NCBI GenBank assembly: GCA_002293525.1
Contig: DBDJ01000036.1
Coordinates: forward strand, 33,082-97,081
Origin: Lachnospiraceae bacterium UBA935
GTDB lineage: Bacteria; Bacillota; Clostridia; Lachnospirales; Lachnospiraceae
Reading direction: 5' to 3'
DNA length: 64,000 nt
Shown here: piece after piece, positions 43,952 to 53,771 of the stretch
Position numbering within the stretch: position 1 is the stretch's first letter
How the letters are laid out: every line of letters starts with the position of its first letter
Notes under the pieces: generated by a model
Told to the model about the DNA's origin: nothing
Databases searched by the model: none
Seen by the model: only the letters and a program-made list of their open reading frames with translations
Translations under genes and position numbers: made by a program

Positions 43952-44754
43952 TTTGTGCCCCCCTGACTTTTATGAAAAATACCGGTTACTTTTGTCCAGA
44001 ATGATATGCTTTTGTCAAATTCCATAAAGGGTACTTCTTTTCCCGCTACCCGGTAACAGATATTCTGATAGGCCCGCCCTGCCAGAGTGCTGTTGCCTAC
44101 CAAGGGCTCGCCCTGATTGGTCGCTATTACGACATTTTCATCGTCCGGCACGACACCGATCAGGGGAAGGGCCAGAATCTCCACGACATCGGAAGCGCTC
44201 ATCATGTCGCCCCTTTTTACCATATCCAGCCGCATCCGGTTGATCATCAGGTCGATTTTCTTGAATTCTTCTGCTTCTAAAAGACCGATGATGCGGTCGG
44301 CATCTCGGATCGCCGACACCTCCGGCGTCGTGACCACCAAGGCCCGGTCCGCGCCGGCGATGGCATTCTTGAAACCCTGTTCAATTCCGGCGGGGCAGTC
44401 AAGGATCACATAATCAAACTGTTCCCGCAGCTGCGAAACCATTTTGATCATCTGATCGGGACGGACGGCGGTTTTGTCTTTGGTCTGGGCCGACGGCAGC
44501 AGATACAGGGTCGGATGACGCTTGTCCCGGATCAGTGCCTGTTTGATGCGGCATTTTCCCTCCACCACGTCAACCAGATTATAGACAATCCGGTTTTCCA
44601 GTCCCATGACTACGTCCAGGTTACGTAACCCGATATCGGTGTCGATCAATACGACCCGTTTCCCCATGGCCGCCAGACCTGTTCCTACGTTTGCGGATGT
44701 AGTGGTTTTCCCTACGCCGCCTTTTCCTGATGTGACGACAATTACTTCACTCAT
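43948..44754 (-). CDS. minD: Septum site-determining ATPase MinD
   Basis: Deviant Walker A SGKGGVGKTT and DCPAGIE. Confidence 0.95.
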   Translation of the reverse strand: MSEVIVVTSGKGGVGKTTTSANVGTGLAAMGKRVVLIDTDIGLRNLDVVMGLENRIVYNLVDVVEGKCRIKQALIRDKRHPTLYLLPSAQTKDKTAVRPDQMIKMVSQLREQFDYVILDCPAGIEQGFKNAIAGADRALVVTTPEVSAIRDADRIIGLLEAEEFKKIDLMINRMRLDMVKRGDMMSASDVVEILALPLIGVVPDDENVVIATNQGEPLVGNSTLAGRAYQNICYRVAGKEVPFMEFDKSISFWTKVTGIFHKSQGGTK

Positions 44755-44842
44755 TTCTTATCCTCCTTACCATGAGTTATAATTGTCCCCTGAGTCCCGT
44801 TCTGCACCGGCAGCATCACTCCTGACGCTGGGTTTGCTGACC

Positions 44843-45517
44843 TTAAATGGGTAATTCACTCAGTAATTCTTTCGTAACCGGTTCTGTTACTACTTGTCCG
44901 TTCTTGACAAAAGCAATCTTGGGCTGTATTTTCATTCGGATTGACCATTTGGAAGTTTTTTCTTTGGTTTTATATTTGAAATCGCCGATCGTTAATTTCT
45001 CCGGCGACATTTCAAGCGCCACAATAAAATGTCCTTCACTGCCGCTGGCACCGGCATAGGCGGCACCGTACAGCCCCCCCAGTATAACGATATCCTTGGT
45101 GGATATGATCGACGATCCCGGATTGACATCGCCGATAATGACTATGCTGGATTCGGTTTCCAGGATCTGTCCGCTTTTTAAAGTGCCCCGGTAAAACTGT
45201 CCTTCATTCGCTTCGCTGTCATAATGCAGCATCTGCAGCGCTTTTAAATAATTCTGATTGACATCCCCGTCCTTTCCCACCAGACAGATGATTTTCAGTT
45301 CGGAGTTGTCGCTGATGACATCAGCCACCTCCCGTTCTTCGGCATCTGTAAGGATCCTGCCTTCCAAGGACAGCGCCATCTTGGCATTCTTAAAAAAAGC
45401 TGCGGATTCCCGGAATTTAACAGCTATCTCATCCAATAATTCCTGAAAAGGGATGTTTTCATCCAAATGTAATGAGATACCGTTCTGAAAGCTCTTTATG
45501 ACGACTGAATTCTTCAT
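44843..45517 (-). CDS. minC: Septum formation inhibitor MinC
   Basis: 224 aa with a C-terminal beta-helix segment (IIGDVNPGSSIISTKDIVILG). Located upstream of minD. Confidence 0.85.
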   Translation of the reverse strand: MKNSVVIKSFQNGISLHLDENIPFQELLDEIAVKFRESAAFFKNAKMALSLEGRILTDAEEREVADVISDNSELKIICLVGKDGDVNQNYLKALQMLHYDSEANEGQFYRGTLKSGQILETESSIVIIGDVNPGSSIISTKDIVILGGLYGAAYAGASGSEGHFIVALEMSPEKLTIGDFKYKTKEKTSKWSIRMKIQPKIAFVKNGQVVTEPVTKELLSELPI

Positions 45518-45560
45518 GTTTCATCTCCTATGGGAAAAAACGTTGCTGTTCACCACGTTT

Positions 45561-48467
45561 TTAGTCGGTGATGGCAGTACCGCCCTCCAATTGTCCGGCG
45601 GTGCCGGTGATGATTTCTTCCGGTTCGGCCAGCCCGTAATAATATTTAATGACTTCTCTGGTAATCTGGGCCGCATAGTCAGAGCTGTATCCAAAGGCTA
45701 CCCTGGTCGCAATCCCGATCTGGGGATTTTCATAGGGTGCATAACCGACGAATAAGGCATGGTTGGCCCGATTTAAATTCTCCTGTGCCGTTCCGGTTTT
45801 GCCGGCTACATTGACAGAAAGATCACTGAAATACACTTTATTTTCGACTACTTGCCGCATTCCCCGCCGAATTGCCTGGATCTCATCGGGTTCCAGGTCA
45901 ACCTCGTTGCGCACTTCGGCATTATTTTCTGACAGGATATTGCCGTTATGATCGGTCACCTTGTCAATCAAGGTAAGGTTATAGCAGGTACCGCCGTTCG
46001 CGATGGTGGTTACGTATCTGGCAAGCCCGGTGGTGGTATAGTTGCTGTTGCCTTGGCCGATTGCCGAACGCACCGAATCCTCGGTAGACATCTGGGGGGC
46101 GTATTCCTCGATCTCAACCCCGGAAACTTCGCTCAGGCCATACAAGTCGCTATATTTATTTAAAACCGCGATCCCCTCGTCGGAAGAATAAATATTGTCG
46201 ATCACACCCATGCGGTAACCCAGGTCATAGAAAAATACATTGCATGAATTCCCGATGCCGCCTGACACGTTCAGGGCACCGTGGCTGCCACGGGGATAAA
46301 TCCAGCATCTTGGTGACGGCGTTATCGCCTCAAAGATCCCCTGGCAGGTACAGGTATCAGTAGGGGAAATCAGGCCTTCCATCATCCCGGCCGTGGCCGA
46401 GACCATCTTAAAGGTGGAACCGGGCGCTGTTTTTTGCTGCGTGGCGTAATTGAACATCGGTTTGGAAAGATCATTTAAGAGGCTGGAATAGTAATCTGCA
46501 TCCACGCCGTTGGCCATCTTATTGTTATCATAGCTGGGGTATGAAACCAAGGCCAGGACTTCGCCAGTATGTACGTCAGTAATGACAATCGATCCCGAAT
46601 AAGGATCCAAGGCCAGCTGCGCCGGGGTGATGTCCAGCTGGGCAATCCGTGTCAATAGAAAGTCATAGGGGCTGATTTTTCCTTCCCGGAACTGGATCAC
46701 TTCCTCTTCTTCCACTTCAATGGCATTCTGCTCCAGCAAAATTTCGCAGAGCTGTCGTCCGGTTACCCTGTCATCCTTAATCATATATTTGTATATTTTC
46801 TTGTCAAATTCCGTATTTACACTCAAAGAATCCGCGATGTATCTTAGGATTTCTTCATATATTTCCGCAGAATCGGAATACTGGCCGTCCAGTTCCAGCA
46901 TGGTAATATCAATCCAGTTCATGGAAATACAATAGTGGATATATTCATTCAGGCTGATAACTTCCTCCGTGGTCCATGCTTTATATGTGGCATCCTGCAC
47001 GTCTACCCGCTCTCGCATGATAATGCCTTTGCTGTATAGCAGATCAGCAATGAAGCTTTGGTATACCTGATATTCCAAGTTCAGGGCATTGTAAGGCGTC
47101 TTCGTCTCCCGCAGTTCATTGTCTAACAGTTCCATGACGGATGCCTTATGTTCGATAAAAGTGCTGCCGACAGCGATTTCGTTCTCACCGGCCCGGTCGG
47201 ATCCGAAATGACCAATATCGATGACATTGTTATTGATCAGGGCAAAATAGACATCGTAGATCGGAATTACGATACTGGAACTGGAGGTATTTTCATCAGG
47301 GACAAACTCTTTGATATTCCTGATCTTGGTATAGAGGATGCTGGCAATTTTTTCTTCCAGGATATGGTATGCCGCTTCCTGAAGATCCTTGTCGATCGTC
47401 AGATAAACATCATTACCGGCAATCGGTTCCGTATAGTCACTTGAGGAAATGACTTTCCCGACATTATTGACAAAAACCGTCTCATGGCCCTTTCTTCCTT
47501 GCAGAATGCTTTCTTGCGACTGTTCGATCCCCAGTTTGCCGATGGTGTCGTTCATGTCATACTGCATGTCCGGATAAGCCAGGTTCAGGCTCTCTAATTC
47601 CTCTTGCGAAGTTTTTCCGGTATAGCCCAGAATCTGTGAAAAATAAACGCTGTCAATATACTTACGGATGGTGTCCTCAATAATGGTCACCCCGTCGAGG
47701 ATATCACTGTTTTCCATGATGACGGCAACTGTTTCTTCGCTTACATTAGTGGAAACCGTAGTAGCAATATATTTTTGATAGCTGTTATTATTCATGTCAA
47801 AACGGATCGTCAAGATCTTCAGCAATTCTTCACGGGTATAGCCCTTGCCGACGACAAAATTGTTCCGGCTCTCCTCGCCGTCATACCCGCCGATCCCGAA
47901 CCGGTCATAACCGGCAAGATAGTTTACGACATCTTCAGCCGTGGCCGTCATTTCTTCATATTTCAGATCATCATAGTTCCTCTCGCCGTAAACATCAGCC
48001 AAAAATCTCTTTAGTTGTTTATCCTCGCGGTCCTCCACCGTAAACCGATAGTTGTTATCGTTATCCAGAATAATCTTAAAATCGCTGACCGTCTTATCCC
48101 CGCACCTTTCTATAAGCTGCACCAGATGGTAGATAACGGCATTCAGATTGGTATTTCTGCTTGATCCCGATTCAAAGACATCTTCGATTGTAACCGAATA
48201 AGAAAGATCGTTATATGCAAGCAACTTGCCGTTACGGTCATAGATATTGCCTCTTGCTGCCGGTATCGTCCGCTCTTTTTTTATCTTCAGCTGGAACGTA
48301 TCCAGATATTCCTCACCATGAACAATCTGGAGATCGAAGATCCGTTGAACCATGACCGCACTGATCGCTGCCATCAGCAAGAAAAGAAAAAAGATCCTTG
48401 ACGTAATCAAATTAATGAAATTATCTTTTATCTTACTTAGCAACCCTTCAGGTCCTCCTCTTTCCAT
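45561..48467 (-). CDS. mrdA: Penicillin-binding protein 2 (elongasome transpeptidase) with a large internal insertion
   Basis: N-terminal TM, pedestal domain, STFK, SCN and KTGTA motifs. 968 aa, with about 240 extra residues before the transpeptidase domain. Confidence 0.85.
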   Translation of the reverse strand: MERGGPEGLLSKIKDNFINLITSRIFFLFLLMAAISAVMVQRIFDLQIVHGEEYLDTFQLKIKKERTIPAARGNIYDRNGKLLAYNDLSYSVTIEDVFESGSSRNTNLNAVIYHLVQLIERCGDKTVSDFKIILDNDNNYRFTVEDREDKQLKRFLADVYGERNYDDLKYEEMTATAEDVVNYLAGYDRFGIGGYDGEESRNNFVVGKGYTREELLKILTIRFDMNNNSYQKYIATTVSTNVSEETVAVIMENSDILDGVTIIEDTIRKYIDSVYFSQILGYTGKTSQEELESLNLAYPDMQYDMNDTIGKLGIEQSQESILQGRKGHETVFVNNVGKVISSSDYTEPIAGNDVYLTIDKDLQEAAYHILEEKIASILYTKIRNIKEFVPDENTSSSSIVIPIYDVYFALINNNVIDIGHFGSDRAGENEIAVGSTFIEHKASVMELLDNELRETKTPYNALNLEYQVYQSFIADLLYSKGIIMRERVDVQDATYKAWTTEEVISLNEYIHYCISMNWIDITMLELDGQYSDSAEIYEEILRYIADSLSVNTEFDKKIYKYMIKDDRVTGRQLCEILLEQNAIEVEEEEVIQFREGKISPYDFLLTRIAQLDITPAQLALDPYSGSIVITDVHTGEVLALVSYPSYDNNKMANGVDADYYSSLLNDLSKPMFNYATQQKTAPGSTFKMVSATAGMMEGLISPTDTCTCQGIFEAITPSPRCWIYPRGSHGALNVSGGIGNSCNVFFYDLGYRMGVIDNIYSSDEGIAVLNKYSDLYGLSEVSGVEIEEYAPQMSTEDSVRSAIGQGNSNYTTTGLARYVTTIANGGTCYNLTLIDKVTDHNGNILSENNAEVRNEVDLEPDEIQAIRRGMRQVVENKVYFSDLSVNVAGKTGTAQENLNRANHALFVGYAPYENPQIGIATRVAFGYSSDYAAQITREVIKYYYGLAEPEEIITGTAGQLEGGTAITD

Positions 48468-48490
48468 GTTCTTCTAAGAAAATAATTGAA

Positions 48491-48982
48491 TCAGTGTTTC
48501 TCTAAACGATTGTATATCCAAAGAATAATCGGATATAACAGCAGCGTGACCAAAATAGTGTATACAATCTCCGGAAGGATAATATTCATAAAATAGAATG
48601 GGAAGGCAAATCGGCTTCTCATCATAAACAGCAGCAGATAAGTGAATAATCCGTAAAAGAGATCGCTGATTAAAATCAGTGCCATCGGCAGCTTGATATC
48701 TTCCGGGAAAAATATTCCGTTAAACTTGCCGTTCAAATACCCTATGTACATATAGATCATTGCATGCATCCCGATAGCATCGCCGGAAAAAATATCCGCC
48801 AGCAGGCCGCTGACAAATCCGACCGCCAGACCGGTCCTGTCCCCCCACATAAAACCACAGGCGGCGGTCACCACGATCAAAAGATTGGGAACGATCTCGG
48901 CAAAGGCAATCGCGGGGAAAACCGTAGACTGCAGTATGTAACATCCAATAATCAATAAAGCCGTTATTATCCCCCGTCTCAT
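48491..48982 (-). CDS. mreD: Rod shape-determining protein MreD
   Basis: 163 aa, polytopic, located after mreC. Confidence 0.8.
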   Translation of the reverse strand: MRRGIITALLIIGCYILQSTVFPAIAFAEIVPNLLIVVTAACGFMWGDRTGLAVGFVSGLLADIFSGDAIGMHAMIYMYIGYLNGKFNGIFFPEDIKLPMALILISDLFYGLFTYLLLFMMRSRFAFPFYFMNIILPEIVYTILVTLLLYPIILWIYNRLEKH

Positions 48983-49054
48983 CTTCTCCTGACCTCTTGC
49001 TTATTATTTGCTCCTGCCAGTATTAAATACTCTTGCGTACTTTGCTCGTTTATT

Positions 49055-49927
49055 TTACATATCTTCATAATTTTGTTTCAGCTGTAGTATCACCAGTACG
49101 TCATTCAGATGTTCAAAGTCCACTGCCGGTATCAGGTGCCCGGATTTGGTCAGATTATTGGAATCACGGTTCAACGTGCTGATATAACCGATCAATATGC
49201 CGGGAAGATATTTGTCGCTAATATTGGAAGTCACGATTTTATCGCCGACTACCACTTGATCGGCATTATCGATCAGATCTCCGAATTCCACGACGCCATC
49301 GGCATAAAGCTCCAGGCTGCCCTTGACGATAAGATTGTCTTCGGTGGAAAGCACCTGCCCGCTGACGTTAAAATTATCCGCTATCACGGTATTTACCTTG
49401 GCCCAGTTCGGCCCCACCTTTACGACCCGCCCGACCAGGCCGCTCCCGGCGATGATATTCATGTCAACCGCGACGCCGTCCTCATAGCCTTTGTCAATCT
49501 GGAAGGAATGGAACCAATTGCCGGGATCCCTGGCAATGATGCGGGCCCCGATCTTCTGATAATCATCATATTGGGCATCCAGCCCGTACAGCTCCCGCAG
49601 GCTGGTCAGCTCGTAACGGTCCTGTTGCAGCTTGGTATTTTCGATGGTTAACTCATCAATCTGATTCTTCAGTTCTTCATTTTCTTCCAGTAGGTCCCTG
49701 ATCTGTACCAGTTCCTCCGAACGCCTGCCAAGCCAGTTGCCCATCGAACTGATGCCCTGCTGAAGTGGTGAAATCACATAGCCGGCGACAATCGTCAGCG
49801 GCCTGCTGACATAGTCGGTATTCAAGGTTAAAACAATCAGCCCGGTACAGATGATTGTTAAAATAAAAAGGAGATATTTACCAGGCAGTGTAAACTTCTC
49901 TCCTTTTTTCTTTACTATTGGACTCAT
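49055..49927 (-). CDS. mreC: Rod shape-determining protein MreC
   Basis: N-terminal TM, coiled coil (ENEELKNQIDELTIEN), beta-barrel domains (SGLVGRVVKV). Confidence 0.9.
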   Translation of the reverse strand: MSPIVKKKGEKFTLPGKYLLFILTIICTGLIVLTLNTDYVSRPLTIVAGYVISPLQQGISSMGNWLGRRSEELVQIRDLLEENEELKNQIDELTIENTKLQQDRYELTSLRELYGLDAQYDDYQKIGARIIARDPGNWFHSFQIDKGYEDGVAVDMNIIAGSGLVGRVVKVGPNWAKVNTVIADNFNVSGQVLSTEDNLIVKGSLELYADGVVEFGDLIDNADQVVVGDKIVTSNISDKYLPGILIGYISTLNRDSNNLTKSGHLIPAVDFEHLNDVLVILQLKQNYEDM

Positions 49928-50934
49928 TTGCTCATTCCTTCAATTGCATATGCCACTGATTTATAGTTATCGTCCTTGATAATCTTGGAGAGTCCTACCG
50001 CAACGCTGGTTATCGGGTTTTCGGCAACGTTTACATTCAGTCCCGTGCCTTTCCTCATGAGTTCGGCAAAATGGTTGACCTGAGAAGCCCCGCCGGTCAG
50101 GTAGAGGCCGTTCCGGTAGATATCTGCCGCCAGCTCGGGCGGGGTTCGTTCCAGGATCACCTTGACGTTATCAATGATGGCCGCAAAATGTTCGGTCAAG
50201 GTTTCGTCAATCAGACGTGTCGGAATCTCTCTTTCCACCGGCAGGCCGGTTACGATATCCCTTCCGTAGACGAGCGCACCCTGACCGTTCCCTTCCAGCT
50301 CCTGAAGATCAATCTTGACCTTTTCCGCTGTTTTGCCCCCGATAATCAGGCTGAATTCTTTGCGGATGGCATTACGGATCGCATCGTCAAATTTCTGGCC
50401 GCCGGTCTTGATCAAGCGGCTCAAGACGATGCCGCCGAGCGATAAAATGGAGATTTCCGTGGTATCATAGCCGACATTGACCATCAGGACTCCTTGTGAG
50501 TTCTTGACGTCAATATTCATCCCGAGCCCGTCGGCAATCGCTTTTTCAACTACCATGATCCGCTTGGCCTTGACCCCGGCTTCGCGGACCAGGTCTTTAA
50601 AAGCCCGTTTCTCTACTTCGGTGATATCCGTGGGGACTGCGACAAAAAAATCGGCCGGCCGGACATTCCCCTTCGAAAGATCTGTCACAAAAAATTTGAT
50701 CAGGGTCTCCATGTTCTTGATATCGGCGATCACACCATTGCAGAGCGGATAAGAAATCTGGATGTTCCCCGGGGCCTTTTCATGCATCTCAAAAGCGGAA
50801 TCCCCATAAGCAAACAGATTGTTCTTATTCTCAATGGCAATCATATTCTTCTCGACCAGTATCACGTCATCGGACTTACTGTAAATTTTGATATTACTGG
50901 TACCAAGATCGATACCAAAAGCATTGTTAGACAA
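49924..50934 (-). CDS. mreB: Rod shape-determining protein MreB
   Basis: Actin-fold motifs GIDLGTSN, DGVIAD-type (NGVIADI) and LTGGASQ. Confidence 0.9.
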   Translation of the reverse strand: MSNNAFGIDLGTSNIKIYSKSDDVILVEKNMIAIENKNNLFAYGDSAFEMHEKAPGNIQISYPLCNGVIADIKNMETLIKFFVTDLSKGNVRPADFFVAVPTDITEVEKRAFKDLVREAGVKAKRIMVVEKAIADGLGMNIDVKNSQGVLMVNVGYDTTEISILSLGGIVLSRLIKTGGQKFDDAIRNAIRKEFSLIIGGKTAEKVKIDLQELEGNGQGALVYGRDIVTGLPVEREIPTRLIDETLTEHFAAIIDNVKVILERTPPELAADIYRNGLYLTGGASQVNHFAELMRKGTGLNVNVAENPITSVAVGLSKIIKDDNYKSVAYAIEGMSK

Positions 50935-51031
50935 ATCAGCACCCCTTTCGTGTCACCGCATTATTATGTCGTATTTATCTTGTGTTGTTCAGGGAAACGC
51001 CATGCAGCGTTTCTCGCACTTAGGGCAGCCG

Positions 51032-51808
51032 TCATGCCAGAAGTCCATGTTCTTTAAAGCTTGTATATTTATTATCCCCAATTATAATGTGGTCAATCAA
51101 GGGAATATCGATCATCCTGCCCACTTCGCAGATATGGGCGGTAATCTCCTTATCCTTGTTGCTGGGAGTGGCATCTCCGCTGGGATGATTGTGGAGCAGC
51201 ATCAGATAGACTGCCTGTACCTTCAGGGCCCTGACAAATATCTCTCTTGGCGACAGCAGGGAAGCTTTTACCGTCCCTACCGACAGCAGATATTCCTCCA
51301 GCAGATGCAGCCTGCTGTCCAGCAGCAGCAACAAGACGGTTTCCTGCTCGTTATGGCGCAGTGTTTCCTTATAATAATCCGCCACTGACTGGGGACTGCT
51401 GAACGCCAGCCGCTCTCCGGCACTTTCTCGGGACATCCGCAAAGCCAGCTCAGTAAGACAGCGGATCTTGACGGCTTTCACCTGGCCGATCCCTTTGATA
51501 CTCATAAGTTCCTCAAGGGAAACATGATGGAGGCTGTTTAGGCCTTTATGCCCCCCTCCTGCCAGCTGCAGGATCTGATTTCCCAGTTCTACGGTAGAGC
51601 AGTCTCTGGTTCCGGTACGCAGGATGATGGCTAACAGTTCAGCTTCGGTCAGGCTGGCTGCCCCGCTTCCCAGAAACTTTTCATAAGGACCGCTCTTTTG
51701 GCGGCCTGACCCGTTCTTCGGCACGGAAGCCGTGCCCTTATCTGTGGTTTGATTCTTATTCACTTTTTTATTTTCCATGGCAATCCCCACTGTGCGTTCT
51801 CTCTTCAT
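51032..51808 (-). CDS. radC: RadC-family JAB-domain protein
   Basis: HhH segment (LMSIKGIGQVKA) and JAMM motif (HNHPSGDATPS). The start may be the ATG at 51778. Confidence 0.85.
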   Translation of the reverse strand: MKRERTVGIAMENKKVNKNQTTDKGTASVPKNGSGRQKSGPYEKFLGSGAASLTEAELLAIILRTGTRDCSTVELGNQILQLAGGGHKGLNSLHHVSLEELMSIKGIGQVKAVKIRCLTELALRMSRESAGERLAFSSPQSVADYYKETLRHNEQETVLLLLLDSRLHLLEEYLLSVGTVKASLLSPREIFVRALKVQAVYLMLLHNHPSGDATPSNKDKEITAHICEVGRMIDIPLIDHIIIGDNKYTSFKEHGLLA

Positions 51809-51838
51809 CCCGCCTGTAAGGAAAGTTAGTACGTGGCT

Positions 51839-52075
51839 CTAAAGAATCCGATAGATCATAATCGCAATCGCAATCCCGATGATACTGGCAATCGATATCC
51901 TGATGGTTAATGCAAAAGTGATACATAAAATCCCGATATCGAAAACGGCCGGTTCCACCAGGCCAAAGGTTTGTCCAAAATCAAGCCAGGTGCCGGGAAA
52001 AAGGCTTCCGATAAAACCGCCGATCACGATCCCGGCCAGTATCATCAGAAAGCAGGCCCACTTGTTTTTGCGCAT
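51839..52075 (-). CDS. DUF4321 family small membrane protein
   Basis: 78 aa with two hydrophobic helices. The sequence resembles DUF4321 members found near mreB in Firmicutes (from memory). Confidence 0.7.
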   Translation of the reverse strand: MRKNKWACFLMILAGIVIGGFIGSLFPGTWLDFGQTFGLVEPAVFDIGILCITFALTIRISIASIIGIAIAIMIYRIL

Positions 52076-52179
52076 ATGCTACCTCCTCTTTCGTGCCCGC
52101 AACTATAAATCATATTATCACAAACAGGTAATTATGTATACCAATTTCAAGCAAAATTTTTCTTAAAAATTCACTAAAA

Positions 52180-53508
52180 TTAATTTATAAAGCGACCGGA
52201 AACGACATCGGCCAGGCCTAATTCCACCAGCTTCTGCAGGCTCTTTAAGATGCCGGTTTTGGCATGCGTAAAGGTCAGGCCGCCCTGAAAATAAACGCTA
52301 TACGGCTCTTTCATGGGACCGTCGGCACTGAGCTCAATCGAAGACCCGGAGATAAAGGCTCCGGCGGCCATGATCACCTGATTTTCATATCCGGGCATGT
52401 CGGCCGGCAGCGGTGTTACATGGCTGTCGATCGGTGCGGCACTCTGGATTCCTTGGCAGAAGGCCGCTAGCGCTTCCGGTGTTCCAAGGGAAACGGCCTG
52501 AATAATGTCATACCGCGGTTCTGTTCCGCCGGGAATAACAGCAAAGCCTAGCTGCTCATAGATATTGGCGGCAAATATCGCCCCTTTCAGTGCCGCTGCG
52601 GTGACGGAAGGCGCGAGGAACAGACCTTGGTAAATGGAGCGGAGGCTGTCGCTGGTCGCCCCTACTTCCTTGCCGAGACCGGGAGCGTTAAGGCGGAATG
52701 CCGCCTGTTCGATACAGGGCCTGGTTCCGGCGATATAGCCGCCGCTGGGGACAAGGCCGCCGCCGGGATTCTTGATCAGGGAACCGACTGTCATATCGGC
52801 GCCGACGTCGGAAGGTTCGGTTACATCGACGAATTCACCGTAGCAATTGTCTACCAGACAGATGATGTCCGGTTTCAGGTTTTTGATGAAGGCGATCAGT
52901 TCACCGATCTGGCCGGTTGATAAGGTGGGGCGCGTCTGATAGCCTTTAGAACGCTGGATGGTTACCATTTTAGTCTGTTTTCTTACAGCTTGGCGGATGC
53001 CTTCCCAGTCAAAGCTGCCGTCGGGAAGCAGGTCTACCTGGCGGTATGAGATCTGGTATTCGGCCAGGGATCCGGGGGAAGGGCGGATCCCGATTACGCT
53101 TTCTAAGGTATCATAGGGTTTGCCGACCGGTGAAAGCAGTTCGTCGCCGGGGCGCAGGTTGCTCAGCAGCGCCAAGGCCAGGGCGTGGGTACCGCAGGTG
53201 ATCTGGGGACGTACCAGAGCATCTTCGGTGTGGAAGACGGAGGCGTAGACTTTCTCCAGGGCTTCTCTGCCGATGTCGTTGTAGCCGTAGCCGGTGGTTC
53301 CGGACAGATGCGCTTCGCTGATTTGATGGGACTGCATGGCATGTAGCACCTTTAACTGATTGAATTCTGCGGTTACGTCGATTTCATTGAAACGGTCTGT
53401 AAGGCCTTGCAGTATGGATTCGCCAAAAGCTAGTACATCTGCTGATATACCAAGTTTTTGGTATGCACATCGCAATTGGTCTTTATTTGTCATTTTATAA
53501 TTTGTCAT
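52180..53508 (-). CDS. Methionine gamma-lyase family protein (YnbB / aluminium-resistance type PLP enzyme)
   Basis: 442 aa with GTTGYGYNDIGRE typical of this family. The usual neighbourhood near miaA. Confidence 0.8.
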   Translation of the reverse strand: MTNYKMTNKDQLRCAYQKLGISADVLAFGESILQGLTDRFNEIDVTAEFNQLKVLHAMQSHQISEAHLSGTTGYGYNDIGREALEKVYASVFHTEDALVRPQITCGTHALALALLSNLRPGDELLSPVGKPYDTLESVIGIRPSPGSLAEYQISYRQVDLLPDGSFDWEGIRQAVRKQTKMVTIQRSKGYQTRPTLSTGQIGELIAFIKNLKPDIICLVDNCYGEFVDVTEPSDVGADMTVGSLIKNPGGGLVPSGGYIAGTRPCIEQAAFRLNAPGLGKEVGATSDSLRSIYQGLFLAPSVTAAALKGAIFAANIYEQLGFAVIPGGTEPRYDIIQAVSLGTPEALAAFCQGIQSAAPIDSHVTPLPADMPGYENQVIMAAGAFISGSSIELSADGPMKEPYSVYFQGGLTFTHAKTGILKSLQKLVELGLADVVSGRFIN

Positions 53509-53771
53509 TTTATATGCTTCTTTCTATCAATTAATTATTAGAAGTAGTATTTGTTTCTGGCTGTTCTTAAGTACTATGCGGCTTCGGTATTTGGCAATTG
53601 TTTTGTCACTCCCGATTTGGGCTTCACAAGGGGGGATTCCTTTTTGATCTTCTGGAGAATCCGATTGGCTTCCTTGTTCTCAAGCTCCGATAAATTGGCA
53701 AAAGGTCCGACTGCCTCATTGTAATAATGATACAGATGCACTAAGATCACCTCTACTGTTATATTCTTATA

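Noticed and set aside
53574-53741. Tested whether the small ORF after miaA is a divergent Hfq.
   Set aside because: It has no Sm1/Sm2-like pattern (none of the NG.xL.G or YKHAI-type segments) in any frame of the gap. It is kept only as an unnamed candidate in the findings.
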